Shown: positions 17,761 through 18,686 of the stretch, piece by piece | Numbering within the stretch: position 1 is the first letter of the stretch | Layout of the letters: every line of letters starts with the position of its first letter | Assembly (NCBI GenBank): GCA_041694815.1 | Contig: JBGFSC010000048.1 | Coordinates: forward strand, 1 to 18,686 | Direction: 5' to 3' | DNA from: Elusimicrobiota bacterium | Lineage (GTDB): Bacteria; Elusimicrobiota; Elusimicrobia; UBA1565; JACRDR01 | DNA length: 18,686 bases | The notes under the pieces: generated by a model | Told to the model about the DNA's origin: nothing | Databases searched by the model: none | What the model saw: only the letters and a program-made list of their open reading frames with translations | Position numbers and translations under genes: made by a program

Positions 17761-18554
17761 ACGAGCGTTCCACCCACCAGGACCGGCCGGCGGATTTCTC
17801 CGACAGGGTATTGGCCTTTTCCATCGATGCGGCCTTGGCGGTGAGCGGCTATTGCCTAAGCCTCAAGCTGGCCTTCCCGGGCTACACGCTCGCGACCAAC
17901 CCGTTCGCCTTCAAGTGGAGCCTGCTCTGGATGCTGGCCTTCCTGTTGTATCAAGCCTTCGCCTCGAGCTCTGGCCGCGCCTCCCTGGGCAAGAGCTGGC
18001 TGGGGCTTCGCGTGGTCGGGGCCGATGGAGGGCCGCTGGGCTTCGTCGAGGCATCAATTCGTTCACTGGGCTATCTGCTAAGCTCGATCCTGTCGCTCGG
18101 TTTCCTATGGGCGCTGTTCGTCCCGTCGCGGAGGGCTTGGCACGACACTCTGGTCTCCAGCAAGGTCGTAAGCCTCGCACGCCGGAGCGAGTCGGCCAGG
18201 CTGCAGCGCCGCGCGGCGGCGCTGGCCTGCCTGGGGCTGATCGCCGGGGTATGGGCCTGGGAAATGGTCTTGGCCGACCGCTACTACAGCCGCATGGGCG
18301 CCGCCTACGCCCAAGCGGAGCTTCAGGAATTGGCCGCTCTTGAAGAAGCCTATTATCAGGAGTACGGCCATTATACGGACGATCTCGTGTCGCTGGCGAG
18401 CGTCTCGATAGATCCGAAGAGTTTTCTAGAGGACTTAAGCCTGCTCGTCGACCTCGACGCCGGGCTGCGCATCCGCGTCTCGAAGGACGCTTATACGATA
18501 CTCGCCAAGGCTAGAAACCTGGAAGGGACGGAGATAAGGGTAGAGGGGCCGTAG
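17757..18554 (+). CDS. RDD-family membrane protein with C-terminal type IV pilin-like domain
   Basis: RDD motifs ADFSDRVLAFSID, GRASLGKSWLGLRVV..DG, IRSLGY and RRAWHDTLVSSKVV. A TM helix is followed by AQAELQELAALEEAYYQEYGHYTDDL..YTILAKA. Confidence 0.82.
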   Translation: MNERSTHQDRPADFSDRVLAFSIDAALAVSGYCLSLKLAFPGYTLATNPFAFKWSLLWMLAFLLYQAFASSSGRASLGKSWLGLRVVGADGGPLGFVEASIRSLGYLLSSILSLGFLWALFVPSRRAWHDTLVSSKVVSLARRSESARLQRRAAALACLGLIAGVWAWEMVLADRYYSRMGAAYAQAELQELAALEEAYYQEYGHYTDDLVSLASVSIDPKSFLEDLSLLVDLDAGLRIRVSKDAYTILAKARNLEGTEIRVEGP

Positions 18555-18577
18555 ACAACGGCAGTTTTTACGCGCTT
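18555..18577 (+). repeat. Solo terminal fragment of the palindromic element
   Basis: AACGGCAGTTTTTACGCGCTT (18557-18577) is 20/21 identical to the reverse complement of 16099-16119. 18555-18575 is 17/21 identical to 15939-15959. It begins immediately after the TAG stop. Confidence 0.75.
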
Positions 18578-18686
18578 GCTATGTTGAATGTCAAGTTCCC
18601 AGCGATCCGCGGTACGCTTAGCCAAGAAAGACTGCCTGCAATCCGTGGCACGGTTCTAAGACCGTCTCACTGTTTTTAGATGCGCC

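Noticed and set aside
18589..18686. TGTCAAG as the partner end of the IS at 1-120
   Set aside because: It lacks the GAGAATAGAAATGTCC repeats, and both ends would face away from the intervening DNA, so they do not form a composite element.

Overview
GC-rich bacterial chromosomal window. The gene mix is tentatively Elusimicrobiota-like, which is an unverified impression. Housekeeping genes on the minus strand are ettA plus a NagX-like acyltransferase, a glgB-proline dehydrogenase-tdh-kbl operon, and lgt plus an RluD-like pseudouridine synthase. Interleaved accessory genes encode a secreted tandem-SHOCT protein, a secreted WD40-like protein, a DUF222-like/HNH endonuclease, a membrane-anchored protein with a possible His-Cys peptidase dyad, an RDD-pilin-like fusion and two unknown exported proteins. 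Five non-coding signals stand out: (1) a roughly 450-nt hairpin-dense region upstream of the HNH gene, with an IS200/IS605-end-like hairpin at its stop codon; (2) a roughly 180-bp nested-palindrome REPIN/MITE-like element with two partial copies next to gene stops; (3) the right end of an IS1202/ISNCY-like IS at the window start; (4) a paired 16-bp palindromic box at the same position in two promoters; (5) recurrent extended -10 promoters, two of them near-leaderless. No tRNA, rRNA or CRISPR array was seen.
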